From contig JAWXCN010000163.1 in assembly GCA_034408725.1 (NCBI GenBank), positions 1-27,030 of the forward strand: a DNA stretch of 27,030 nt. Reading direction: 5' to 3'. Origin of the DNA: Candidatus Hydrogenedentota bacterium (GTDB lineage: Bacteria > Hydrogenedentota > Hydrogenedentia > Hydrogenedentales > SLHB01). A model generated the notes under the pieces. It was given only the letters and a program-made list of their open reading frames with translations. It was not told where the DNA came from and made no database searches. Shown in pieces: positions 1 through 7,569 of this stretch (position 1 is the stretch's first letter; every line of letters begins with the position of its first letter). The position numbers and the translations under genes were made by a program.

Positions 1-80
1 GGACTGGGCGGGGATTCGGGGGTCGTAGGCGCGGCGGGATGCGCATTGCAACGATATGAAGAGGAAGAAGCGCGGCGCCG

Positions 81-704
81 ATGATTGCGATAGTGGATTA
101 CAAGGCGGGCAACCTGACCAGTGTGAAACTTGCGCTGGAGCATTTGGGTGTTGGGTGTGAAATCACGCGCGAGCCCGCGGTGATTCGCGGCGCGGATCGC
201 ATCATTTTTCCCGGCGACGGCGCGGCGGCATCGGCGATGGAGCATCTGCGGGAATTGGAATTGGTCGAACCTTTGCGGGACGTCGTGGCCAAGGGCACGC
301 CAACACTGGGAATTTGTCTTGGGACGCAGGTGATCATGGATTGGTCGGATGAAAATGGCGGCGTTGCGTGCATGGGGTTGTTGCCGGGTACGGTGAAACG
401 GTTTGAGGCGTCCGGGCCCTTTTGCAAAATTCCGCAGATGGGCTGGAACACGATGCGGTTCGCGCGGAAGCATCCCTTGTTCAACGGCATCGAAGACGAC
501 AGCGAGTTTTATTTCATTCACAGCTATTACCCAGTTCCCGCGACAGGCGAACTCGTCATGGGCGAGACGCAGTATGCCGATGCGACGTTTGCGTCCGCGG
601 TGGGCAAAGGCAATCTTTTCGCGACCCAGTTTCACCCGGAACGCTCTGGCCGTGTTGGCATGCGGTTCGTTGAGAACTTTACGAAATGGAACGGCCAATG
701 CTGA
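81..704 (+). CDS. hisH: Imidazole glycerol phosphate synthase, glutamine amidotransferase subunit
   Basis: N-terminal IAIVDYKAGNL, nucleophile motif GICLG, IPQMGWN, FYFIHSY and QFHPE triad motif; overlaps the start of hisF. Confidence 0.95.
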   Translation: MIAIVDYKAGNLTSVKLALEHLGVGCEITREPAVIRGADRIIFPGDGAAASAMEHLRELELVEPLRDVVAKGTPTLGICLGTQVIMDWSDENGGVACMGLLPGTVKRFEASGPFCKIPQMGWNTMRFARKHPLFNGIEDDSEFYFIHSYYPVPATGELVMGETQYADATFASAVGKGNLFATQFHPERSGRVGMRFVENFTKWNGQC

Positions 705-1477
705 CGAAACGCGTTGTGCCTTGTCTCGACGTGCGCAATCGCAAAGTGACCAAAGGCGTCAAGTTTCAGAACAACGTTGACCTTGGCGATCCGATCGAGA
801 TGGCCGTGGCGTACAGCGATGGCGGCGCGGACGAACTGGTGTTTTACGACATTACGGCGTCTGCCGAGCGGCGGCCGATTGATATCGACATGGTTAAGGA
901 AATCGGCAAGGTGGTACACATTCCATTCGCCGTTGGCGGGGGCATCGAAAGTCTTGATGACATGTACCGGGTGTTGCTCGCGGGCGCGGAGAAGGTGTCC
1001 GTGAATTCGTTGGCGGTGCGCAATCCGCAGATCATTGCCGAGGGCGCGCGCATTTTTGGATCGCAGTGCATTGTGCTCGGCATGGACCCGGTCAAGGTGG
1101 AGGACGCTTCTACATTTCCAAGCGGCTACGAGATTACGACGCGCGGGTTTCGCGAGCGTACCGGCATGGATGCGTTGGAATGGGCCAAGCGCGCGCAGGA
1201 TTTGGGTATAGGTGAAATCGTGGTGAATTCGGTGGATGCCGACGGCACACGCGAAGGGTTCGAGATTGCGCTGACCAAGTTGATTGCGACCAACGTCGGA
1301 ATTCCCGTTGTCGCGTCGGGAGGTGGCGGGACACCGCAGCATCTGACCGACGTGTTTGTGCAAGCGCACGCTGATGCCGCAATCATAGCGAGCATGGTAC
1401 ACACAGGCGATTACACTATCGCGGCGATTAAGCAGGATCTGGATGCGGCGGGGGTGCCGGTGCGCAAGAAGTGGTAA
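698..1477 (+). CDS. hisF: Imidazole glycerol phosphate synthase, cyclase subunit
   Basis: MLTKRVVPCLDV, KGVKF, GADELVFYDITAS, GGGI, DADGT and VVASGGGG motifs. Start placed at ATG 698 (7-nt overlap with hisH) rather than 686. Confidence 0.96.
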   Translation: MLTKRVVPCLDVRNRKVTKGVKFQNNVDLGDPIEMAVAYSDGGADELVFYDITASAERRPIDIDMVKEIGKVVHIPFAVGGGIESLDDMYRVLLAGAEKVSVNSLAVRNPQIIAEGARIFGSQCIVLGMDPVKVEDASTFPSGYEITTRGFRERTGMDALEWAKRAQDLGIGEIVVNSVDADGTREGFEIALTKLIATNVGIPVVASGGGGTPQHLTDVFVQAHADAAIIASMVHTGDYTIAAIKQDLDAAGVPVRKKW

Positions 1478-1501
1478 TCGTCTAAACGGAAAGTTGGCGT
1501 C

Positions 1502-2437
1502 TTGATTCTCACTGTTACCCCTAATCCTTGCGTTGACAAGACGGTCTTCATTGACGAATTGACGATAGGCACGTTCATGCGTTCGCGGAAATGCACGTGC
1601 ATCGCGGGGGGTAAAGGCACGAACGTTTCGCGGGCGGTGAAGGCCATGGGGCGCGAGACGAAAGCAATGGTCGTGGTTGGCGGATATCCCGGCCGGCACG
1701 TCGTTGAGATGATAGAGCAACAAGACGGCGTTGTGTGCCTGCCCGCCTGGGTAAGTTCACAAACGCGTACCATTACCACCATTCTTGAGGAACCCATCCA
1801 TCGTCAGACGGCATTTTTTGAGCCTGGATCGCGGGTTACCGATGAAGAGGCGCGCGGGATTGTCGAGACATTTCGAAATGCGGTTCGCGGCGCGCGTGTG
1901 GTGTGCTTTAGTGGCACGGTGTCCGATCACGCATTGACCGGGTTGTACCGCGAACTGATTCAGATTGCAAAAGACGCGGGGGCGATTACCATCCTGGATT
2001 CTCATGGCGATGAGTTTGCCGCGGGTATTGAATCTGTGCCGCACATGGTCAAGCCGAATCTCGCGGAGCTGAGCGAGTTTATCGGATTCGCAATTGATTC
2101 GGAGGGGGAGCGGGTGCGGGCAATCGGTCTGTTGCATGCGCGAGGTATCGGGCTCGTCGTGTTGTCGTTGGGGAAAGATGGGGCCATGGTGTCGGACGGG
2201 ACGGAGCGATTGCGCGTTGTGCCACCCAGGATTCAGGAAGTGAATGCGGTGGGGAGTGGCGACTCGCTGGTGGCGGGCTTTGCGATAGGGATTTTGGAGC
2301 ATAGCCCGCTGGAAAAAATGGCGCGGATTGGATGCGCGATGGGGGCTGCGAATGCCATGTCGTGGGATATAGGTCATTTTTCGCGTGAAGAGGTGGATGG
2401 GTTGGTGGAGAGGGTTGTGGTGGAGAGGTTGGGATAA
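1502..2437 (+). CDS. PfkB-family hexose-phosphate kinase (1-phosphofructokinase/LacC-like)
   Basis: MILTVTPNPCVD, AGGKGTNVS, VKPN, LSLGKDGA and NAVGSGDS (PfkB signature); TTG start. Confidence 0.9.
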   Translation: MILTVTPNPCVDKTVFIDELTIGTFMRSRKCTCIAGGKGTNVSRAVKAMGRETKAMVVVGGYPGRHVVEMIEQQDGVVCLPAWVSSQTRTITTILEEPIHRQTAFFEPGSRVTDEEARGIVETFRNAVRGARVVCFSGTVSDHALTGLYRELIQIAKDAGAITILDSHGDEFAAGIESVPHMVKPNLAELSEFIGFAIDSEGERVRAIGLLHARGIGLVVLSLGKDGAMVSDGTERLRVVPPRIQEVNAVGSGDSLVAGFAIGILEHSPLEKMARIGCAMGAANAMSWDIGHFSREEVDGLVERVVVERLG

Positions 2438-2446
2438 ATTGGGGGC

Positions 2447-2492
2447 GGGGACAGCCACCGGCAGCCAAAACGCGCTGCCGGTGACAGTCCCC
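2447..2492. terminator. GC-rich hairpin between convergent genes; candidate bidirectional terminator or REP-like palindrome
   Basis: Arms 2447-2465 GGGGACAGCCACCGGCAGC and 2474-2492 GCTGCCGGTGACAGTCCCC pair at 17 of 19 positions with an 8-nt loop. Confidence 0.7.
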
Positions 2493-3487
2493 TATAAATT
2501 TGTTAGCCGGATGCCGAGCGCGTAGACGTTTGGAGGGGTACCGGAGAGGCGGGCGGCGTCTTTTTCGGTGATGATGATTTTATTTGGACCACTGAACGCG
2601 CTCGCAGGTATATCGGCGTGGTCCGGATAAATGCGCTGATTGTCCACGCGCGCGCCGAGTAATTGTAAAGTCGCGATGAAATGTTCAGGCTGGGCAATGC
2701 CGCAGACAGCCGTGATGGGCGCGCCCTGTAACATCGAAAGGGCATGTGTTTTCCCACTTTCCAATGACCACAACGCATCCGGCTCGTGTCGGGTCTTGCG
2801 TATCGGCGTGTTTGGACATATTTCACGCACCGTATTAACCAGTGTCCGTAATGCCTTTGCATCTGGAATATCGCAATGCGTGAGAATGATGTGGGTTGCC
2901 CGGCGTAGCGCGGTCGTGGGTTCGCGAAGGGTTCCGCGGGGTATGAGCGAGCCGCTACCAAAGGGATTAGATGCGTCGATCACTATGACATTTTCGTCGC
3001 GCGCAAGGCGCAGGTATTGGTAGCCATCATCGAGAATCAAGACGTTGCAGCCGCGATCAATGGCCGCATGCGCGGCGGCAACGCGATCTGTGCCGCGCGC
3101 GATGAGGACTTCCGGTACGCGCCGCGCGATGAGGGCGGGTTCATCGCCTAATTCGCCGGCCATTGAACGGGCCTGGGCGCCGGGCGCGAGCACTAAAGTT
3201 TTTGAACGATTTTTCGCGCCGTAACCTCGGGTGAGTACCGCGACTGTGTTTCCCGCGGCTACTTCCGCCTGTGCGCGCTCGATGACGGCGGGCGTTTTGC
3301 CCGTGCCGCCGGCGGTGATATTTCCGATGCTGATGACGCGCGCGGAAACTTTGATCGGGTTGGACAGGGATCGTGCAAACATGCCGAGTCGATAGAGCGG
3401 TGTTGCAGTGGTCAAGAGCGCATCAAGGTACCAGGGTAGCGGTTCCCCGCGCCGGATGCGGTCCGCGAGGGAAGACGGCTGATTCAT
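2492..3487 (-). CDS. lpxK: Tetraacyldisaccharide 4'-kinase (lipid A biosynthesis)
   Basis: VISIGNITAGGTGKTP, LTRGYG, GDEP, ILDDGYQ, LIPRGTLRE, YPDH and IITEKDA motifs. True start taken as ATG 3487, overlapping the dprA stop (ATGA). Confidence 0.93.
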   Translation of the reverse strand: MNQPSSLADRIRRGEPLPWYLDALLTTATPLYRLGMFARSLSNPIKVSARVISIGNITAGGTGKTPAVIERAQAEVAAGNTVAVLTRGYGAKNRSKTLVLAPGAQARSMAGELGDEPALIARRVPEVLIARGTDRVAAAHAAIDRGCNVLILDDGYQYLRLARDENVIVIDASNPFGSGSLIPRGTLREPTTALRRATHIILTHCDIPDAKALRTLVNTVREICPNTPIRKTRHEPDALWSLESGKTHALSMLQGAPITAVCGIAQPEHFIATLQLLGARVDNQRIYPDHADIPASAFSGPNKIIITEKDAARLSGTPPNVYALGIRLTNL

Positions 3488-4659
3488 TTCGGCGCGAAAC
3501 GTTTGCCGCTGAATTGGCGCACGAGGCCCTTGAGTTCGAGCAGGGTCAATGCGCTGAGGGCTTGTGCGACGCTGATCCTGCAAACATGCGCGATGGCATC
3601 GATATGTTTGCCTTCCGGCGGAAGCGCGGCCAACACGCGTTTCTCTTCGGTGCTTGCCGAGGATGGCGCGGGGGAGGCTGTAACCACTGTAGTTGCGATT
3701 CGGGGCGCGGGTTCCTCTGACGGCGCCGGAGTAGCGGCCGCTACAACTGGCGCCGGTTGCGCGAGCGGTTGTGTCCGGGATTTTGCGGGCACGTCCAGTT
3801 CCACGAGAATATCGTCGACGGTTTCTACGAGTTTTGCGCCTTCGCGAATCAGCAGATGCGGTCCCTGGCTGTTTATGTAACCCAGTTGGCCGGGGATGGC
3901 GAAAACTTCGCGGCCTTGTTCCGCGGCTTGTCGTGCAGTGATGAGCGCGCCGCTGCTCAAGGGGGCCTCGATTACGAGCGTGCCCGCGCACATGCCGCTG
4001 ATGATGCGGTTGCGATAGGGGAAATGTCCTGCCGAGGGTTTGGTTCCCATCACGAATTGGGACACAACGCTGCCATGCGCGACAATGTCATCCATCAGTG
4101 CGGCGTTCTGTTGCGGATAGAGCACATCTGCGCCGCAGCCGAGTACGGCAATCGTGTTGCCGCCTGCTTCAAGCGCGCCACGATGCGCCGCAGCGTCGAT
4201 GCCCGCGGCAAGTCCGCTGACGACTGTGATATCTCGCGCCGCGAGCTCGCGTCCGAACTTTTCCGCCATGCGAATGCCGTAGGGCGTGGCGCGCCGGGTG
4301 CCGACGATCGAAACGCAGGGAGCGTCCGGTTCGAGCATTTTCCCGCGCACAAAAAGCAGGAGGGGGGGATCATAGATTTCCGCGAGCCGGAGGGGATACG
4401 CGGTATCTTCGAGGGTAACGAGGGATGCGTTCCAGCGGGCAAGAGCCGTTTCCTGTCCGGCGACATCGGCGACGTCGGCGTATTGGGTGATGCGTTCGGC
4501 GAGTTTCGGGCCAACGACTTCTTCGAGGGCTTTCCGGCTGGCCTTGAGCACGGCGTCCGGAGTGCGGAAGCGCGCGAGCAATCGTATAAACATGGCCGTG
4601 CCCACGCCGGGTATAAGTGCGAGGGTCAACCAGCTCCGTTGTTCATCGCTCAGCCGCAT
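3484..4659 (-). CDS. dprA: DNA-processing protein DprA/Smf with C-terminal winged helix
   Basis: YPLRLAEIYDPP, VSIVGTRRATPYG, VVSGLAAGIDAAAH, FPYRNRIISG, SGALITA and GREVFAIPG motifs; Pro/Ala linker followed by LTLLELKGLV. Confidence 0.95.
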   Translation of the reverse strand: MRLSDEQRSWLTLALIPGVGTAMFIRLLARFRTPDAVLKASRKALEEVVGPKLAERITQYADVADVAGQETALARWNASLVTLEDTAYPLRLAEIYDPPLLLFVRGKMLEPDAPCVSIVGTRRATPYGIRMAEKFGRELAARDITVVSGLAAGIDAAAHRGALEAGGNTIAVLGCGADVLYPQQNAALMDDIVAHGSVVSQFVMGTKPSAGHFPYRNRIISGMCAGTLVIEAPLSSGALITARQAAEQGREVFAIPGQLGYINSQGPHLLIREGAKLVETVDDILVELDVPAKSRTQPLAQPAPVVAAATPAPSEEPAPRIATTVVTASPAPSSASTEEKRVLAALPPEGKHIDAIAHVCRISVAQALSALTLLELKGLVRQFSGKRFAPK

Positions 4660-4665
4660 GCGCGT

Positions 4666-4674
4666 ACTATAACA
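4666..4674 (-). promoter_or_regulatory. Extended -10 promoter (TGT-TATAGT) 6 nt upstream of the dprA ATG; leaderless transcript likely
   Basis: Minus strand reads TGTTATAGT-ACGCGC-ATG; no Shine-Dalgarno in between. Confidence 0.6.
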
Positions 4675-4686
4675 ATTCCTGGGGTT

Positions 4687-4701
4687 GGAATTTCGAATTT
4701 G
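4687..4701. repeat. Copy 1 of the 15-bp near-direct repeat GGAATTTC(G/A)AATTTG
   Basis: GGAATTTCGAATTTG; matches 7223-7237 at 14 of 15 positions. Confidence 0.65.
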
Positions 4702-4779
4702 GATTGCGGAAGATGTATCGGTAGGGGGAAGCTATGAATATTCCATTTTTTAGCGGGTGTTTTTGGCTGGTTCGCGCGG

Positions 4780-5985
4780 ATGTTTGAAAAGCGTCTGAAC
4801 ATCAGCAGAGGCATGCGCGCGATGCTGGACTATCCGAAATTTGCTGGACGAACGCGCGTGCTGCTGCTTGAAACCGAGTATTTTTTTGATGCCAGTTGGG
4901 TGCGCGCGGCGGCACAGTTGGGGTGGGAGACGGCGAGTGTGTCGTCTGCGATGACCGGCAGCCTGACGCGGGACCAGGTGACTTTATTATTTCAAACGGC
5001 GGCTGAGTTCAAGCCGGATTTTATTCTCACGTCCAACTACGCGGGAATGGACGTTCACGGATTGTTCGCCCGCTTCTACGAGGACGCAAAGATTCCGTAT
5101 GTGAGCTGGTTCACCGATACGCCTCGCATGATCTTGTTCAACCGCGAAGTGTATCCCAGTCCGTTCAGCGTGGCGGCGGTGTGGGAGCGCGCGTACATGC
5201 CGCATTTGCGCGCGCTTGGGTTCGAGAACGTGTACTTCATGCCGCACGCGACTGATCCGGGTTTATTCGCGGGGGCGCCGCAGGACCAATTCGCGCGCGA
5301 GCTCGCATTCGTAGGTGACTCGATGATTTCGCATGCGGAAGAGGCGTGGGACAAGCTGGTTGGGTTTCCAGAGATCACGGCGGGGTTGCGAGATGCATTC
5401 GGAACGGGACGAATGACGCGGGAACAGTTTGCGCTCGGCGCCGCCACGATTGTTGAGCCGGCGCTGCTGGCGAACTGCGAACCGCGCGAGCGGCGGCATC
5501 TGGAGTTGTGTCTTGTGTATGAGGGCACGCGCCGGATGCGGGAGGCGATGGCGCGTGCCCTCACCGAAGAGGGATTGGAAGTTCATGGCGACGTTCATTG
5601 GAAAGGGGTGCATTCGCTGAGTTTTGGAGACGTGGGCTATTTCGATGCGCTCGCGCCGTTCTATCGGTCAACGGCGATCAATATTAACTCGACGAGCATA
5701 CAAATGGCGACGGCGGTGAACCAGCGGGTGTTCGATTGTCCGGCTGCCGGTGGTTTTCTCATCACGGACGCGCAGCAGGATTTGCAGGATTTTTTTGAAA
5801 TTGGGACGGAATGCGTGGTGTATGGTTCACTGGATGAATTGAAGGAACTGGCCATGCGCTTCAGATGCGATCTTGCGGCACGGAAGGGAATCGTTGAGAA
5901 TGCTCAACGCCGTATCGTGGCGGAGCACACCCACGCGCACCGGCTCGCCGCGCTTGAGCGGTATTTAAAGGAACGTTTCGCGTGA
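4780..5985 (+). CDS. CgeB/DUF3880-like GT-B glycosyltransferase (paralogue A)
   Basis: 401 aa; FKPDFIL, SWFTDTP, MPHATDP, ININSTS.QM, NQRVFDCPAAGGFLITD and C-terminal EHT..HRL, typical of Glyco_trans_1_2/CgeB. Confidence 0.85.
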   Translation: MFEKRLNISRGMRAMLDYPKFAGRTRVLLLETEYFFDASWVRAAAQLGWETASVSSAMTGSLTRDQVTLLFQTAAEFKPDFILTSNYAGMDVHGLFARFYEDAKIPYVSWFTDTPRMILFNREVYPSPFSVAAVWERAYMPHLRALGFENVYFMPHATDPGLFAGAPQDQFARELAFVGDSMISHAEEAWDKLVGFPEITAGLRDAFGTGRMTREQFALGAATIVEPALLANCEPRERRHLELCLVYEGTRRMREAMARALTEEGLEVHGDVHWKGVHSLSFGDVGYFDALAPFYRSTAININSTSIQMATAVNQRVFDCPAAGGFLITDAQQDLQDFFEIGTECVVYGSLDELKELAMRFRCDLAARKGIVENAQRRIVAEHTHAHRLAALERYLKERFA

Positions 5986-7191
5986 CTATGTGAATGCGTC
6001 CATGACCCATTGCGCGATGGTTTTCAAGCGATCGACATAGGTGTGTTCTTTCAGAATCCGGCGCCGGGCCTTGCGCGCAATCTCGATTCGCTCCGCCGGG
6101 TTCGCGCGGTAATGCCGGATTTTTTCCGCGCAATCGCCGATGGACGTAAACGACGCATATTCATCCTTGGCAAATAGCCGGGTCAAGTCGGTTTGCGCGT
6201 CGGTCAGCAAGAATCCGCCCGCGGCGGGGCAATCGAACACGCGCTGGTTCGCGGCAGAGGGCATTTGCGCGCTTGTAAAATTTAGGTTGATGGCGCAGTT
6301 CCGGTAGAAGGCGGGAAGTTGTTCGAGATAGTTGAGCGGCGGCCCGGCCCGATCCGTTATCGCGCGCCAACCGTCATCGCCGCGCACGGTGACCTGTTGG
6401 TCCTGCAATGCGGCAATTGCGTCGTGGCGTAACTGGCGGGTGCAGTCCAGAAAAAAAAACATTTCCAGGTGTCTGCGTTGTTCGGGATTGAGAGGTTCGA
6501 GCGCGTCCGCGCCGATTATCGCATGGAGCCCTTGCCCAAGTTTTTCGCGGCTGACATGGTCGCGGACGAAATCTTTGTCTGCCCAATGGGCGAGCCGTGG
6601 GTCGGCAAGGATGGTTCCGCGCGCGCCGGTCGCGAACGCGACCATGGAATTCCCGGTGAAGGTGGTCGAATGTTCTGGGCTATCCATCGGCTCAGCGTTG
6701 AAACACGATGATTCCGCGGCGAGCGGCAACCAATGGACATGCGGAAAACCTGACTCGCGGAGGAATGGAGCATAGGACTCGTCCCAGGTCAGTGCAACCG
6801 AGTGTGGAGAAGCGTAGGTTTTCCGATCCATGATGATCGTGCGTGGATTGTCAACGAACCAGGTAACATGGGGCACTCCGAGATCGTCGAAAAAGCGCGC
6901 CCACATGCCATCGACGTCCATCCCGGCAAGGTTGATGGAGAGGATAAAGTCGGGCCGGGTGTGGACGATGGCGTCGAGCAGGGTTGCGGTTTGTTCGCGG
7001 GTTTGCGCGCCGACCATTAGTGTAGGGACGCTGGCGCATTCCCATCCGAGGGTTGTCGCGGCGGCTTCGCACGCGCCGTCCAGCCAATACTGGCTGCGCA
7101 AGATCAGGATGCGCGGGACCTCGCCGGAGAATTTTGAATAGGCCATGAGGGCGCGGAGTCGCGGAGAGACGTGTAAGCGAGGTGGTTGCAT
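5986..7191 (-). CDS. CgeB/DUF3880-like GT-B glycosyltransferase (paralogue B)
   Basis: 401 aa; RPDFIL, TWFVDNP, LPLAAE, INLNFTS.QM, NQRVFDCPAAGGFLLTD and EHTYVDRL; colinear with paralogue A. Confidence 0.85.
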   Translation of the reverse strand: MQPPRLHVSPRLRALMAYSKFSGEVPRILILRSQYWLDGACEAAATTLGWECASVPTLMVGAQTREQTATLLDAIVHTRPDFILSINLAGMDVDGMWARFFDDLGVPHVTWFVDNPRTIIMDRKTYASPHSVALTWDESYAPFLRESGFPHVHWLPLAAESSCFNAEPMDSPEHSTTFTGNSMVAFATGARGTILADPRLAHWADKDFVRDHVSREKLGQGLHAIIGADALEPLNPEQRRHLEMFFFLDCTRQLRHDAIAALQDQQVTVRGDDGWRAITDRAGPPLNYLEQLPAFYRNCAINLNFTSAQMPSAANQRVFDCPAAGGFLLTDAQTDLTRLFAKDEYASFTSIGDCAEKIRHYRANPAERIEIARKARRRILKEHTYVDRLKTIAQWVMDAFT

Positions 7192-7197
7192 CCGGGC

Positions 7198-7206
7198 ATG
7201 GTAGCA
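7198..7206 (-). promoter_or_regulatory. Extended -10 promoter (TGC-TACCAT) 6 nt upstream of the paralogue B ATG; leaderless transcript likely
   Basis: Minus strand reads TGCTACCAT-GCCCGG-ATG. Confidence 0.55.
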
Positions 7207-7222
7207 TCCGGGCGAGGGAAGA

Positions 7223-7288
7223 GGAATTTCAAATTTGAGATTTGAGAGCGACGGATAGGAAATAGTGGAGTGGGCGAATACGGAGCCA
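7223..7288. repeat. Copy 2 of the 15-bp repeat (7223-7237) running into a degenerate 7-nt periodic tract
   Basis: GGAATTTCAAATTTG; heptamer phase from 7226 reads ATTTCAA ATTTGAG ATTTGAG, then weaker GATAGGA AATAGTG GAGTGGG. Confidence 0.55.
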
Positions 7289-7350
7289 GGGTTTGAGTGT
7301 TTTCCAGCAATGATTTAAGAATTAAGTTCGGATGCCGGCAAAAGTTAAGT

Positions 7351-7392
7351 ACCGCGACTCGCGGTGATTTAGTTTATGGATATCACCGCGAG
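7351..7392. other. Overlapping inverted repeats in the intergenic region upstream of tex
   Basis: Perfect 11-bp stem CTCGCGGTGAT (7358-7368)/ATCACCGCGAG (7382-7392), plus palindrome ACCGCGA-C-TCGCGGT (7351-7365). Confidence 0.7.
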
Positions 7393-7533
7393 CGGGGCGT
7401 TTTGCTTCAGCTTGGCCAGTCGCAGTGACATGGGATGCCATAGAAATACGGAACACCTGACGTTCCCAAACGGTGCGGAAGATGTTGAACCACAAATTGA
7501 ATACTGAAGCTTTTGTGCCGTGTGGCGCGCATT

Positions 7534-7542
7534 TGCTACAGT
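7534..7542 (+). promoter_or_regulatory. Extended -10 promoter for tex
   Basis: TGC-TACAGT, followed by a GGAG Shine-Dalgarno at 7557-7560 and ATG at 7570. Confidence 0.5.
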
Positions 7543-7569
7543 CAGTGAGAGTTAGCGGAGTTTTTATCG

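Noticed and set aside
81-1477. hisH/hisF as glycan-amidation paralogues (WbuY/WbuZ type), given the nearby glycosyltransferases
   Set aside because: HisF retains housekeeping motifs (PCLDV, FYDITAS) and no N-acetyl sugar amidotransferase gene is adjacent
632-1723. 363-aa antisense ORF over hisF
   Set aside because: Shadow ORF opposite a conserved gene in GC-rich DNA; no recognisable motifs
3488-3991. N-terminal 168-aa extension of the lpxK ORF (2492..3991)
   Set aside because: It lies inside dprA in another frame and looks non-protein-like; ATG 3487 with an ATGA overlap gives a normal-length LpxK
7104-7310. 68-aa ORF upstream of glycosyltransferase B
   Set aside because: Its sequence is largely the translation of the heptamer tract, and it overlaps the real gene start
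7523-7537. TGGCGCGCATTTGCT as a sigma54 promoter for tex
   Set aside because: Only 9 nt separate GG and GC, whereas sigma54 requires 10
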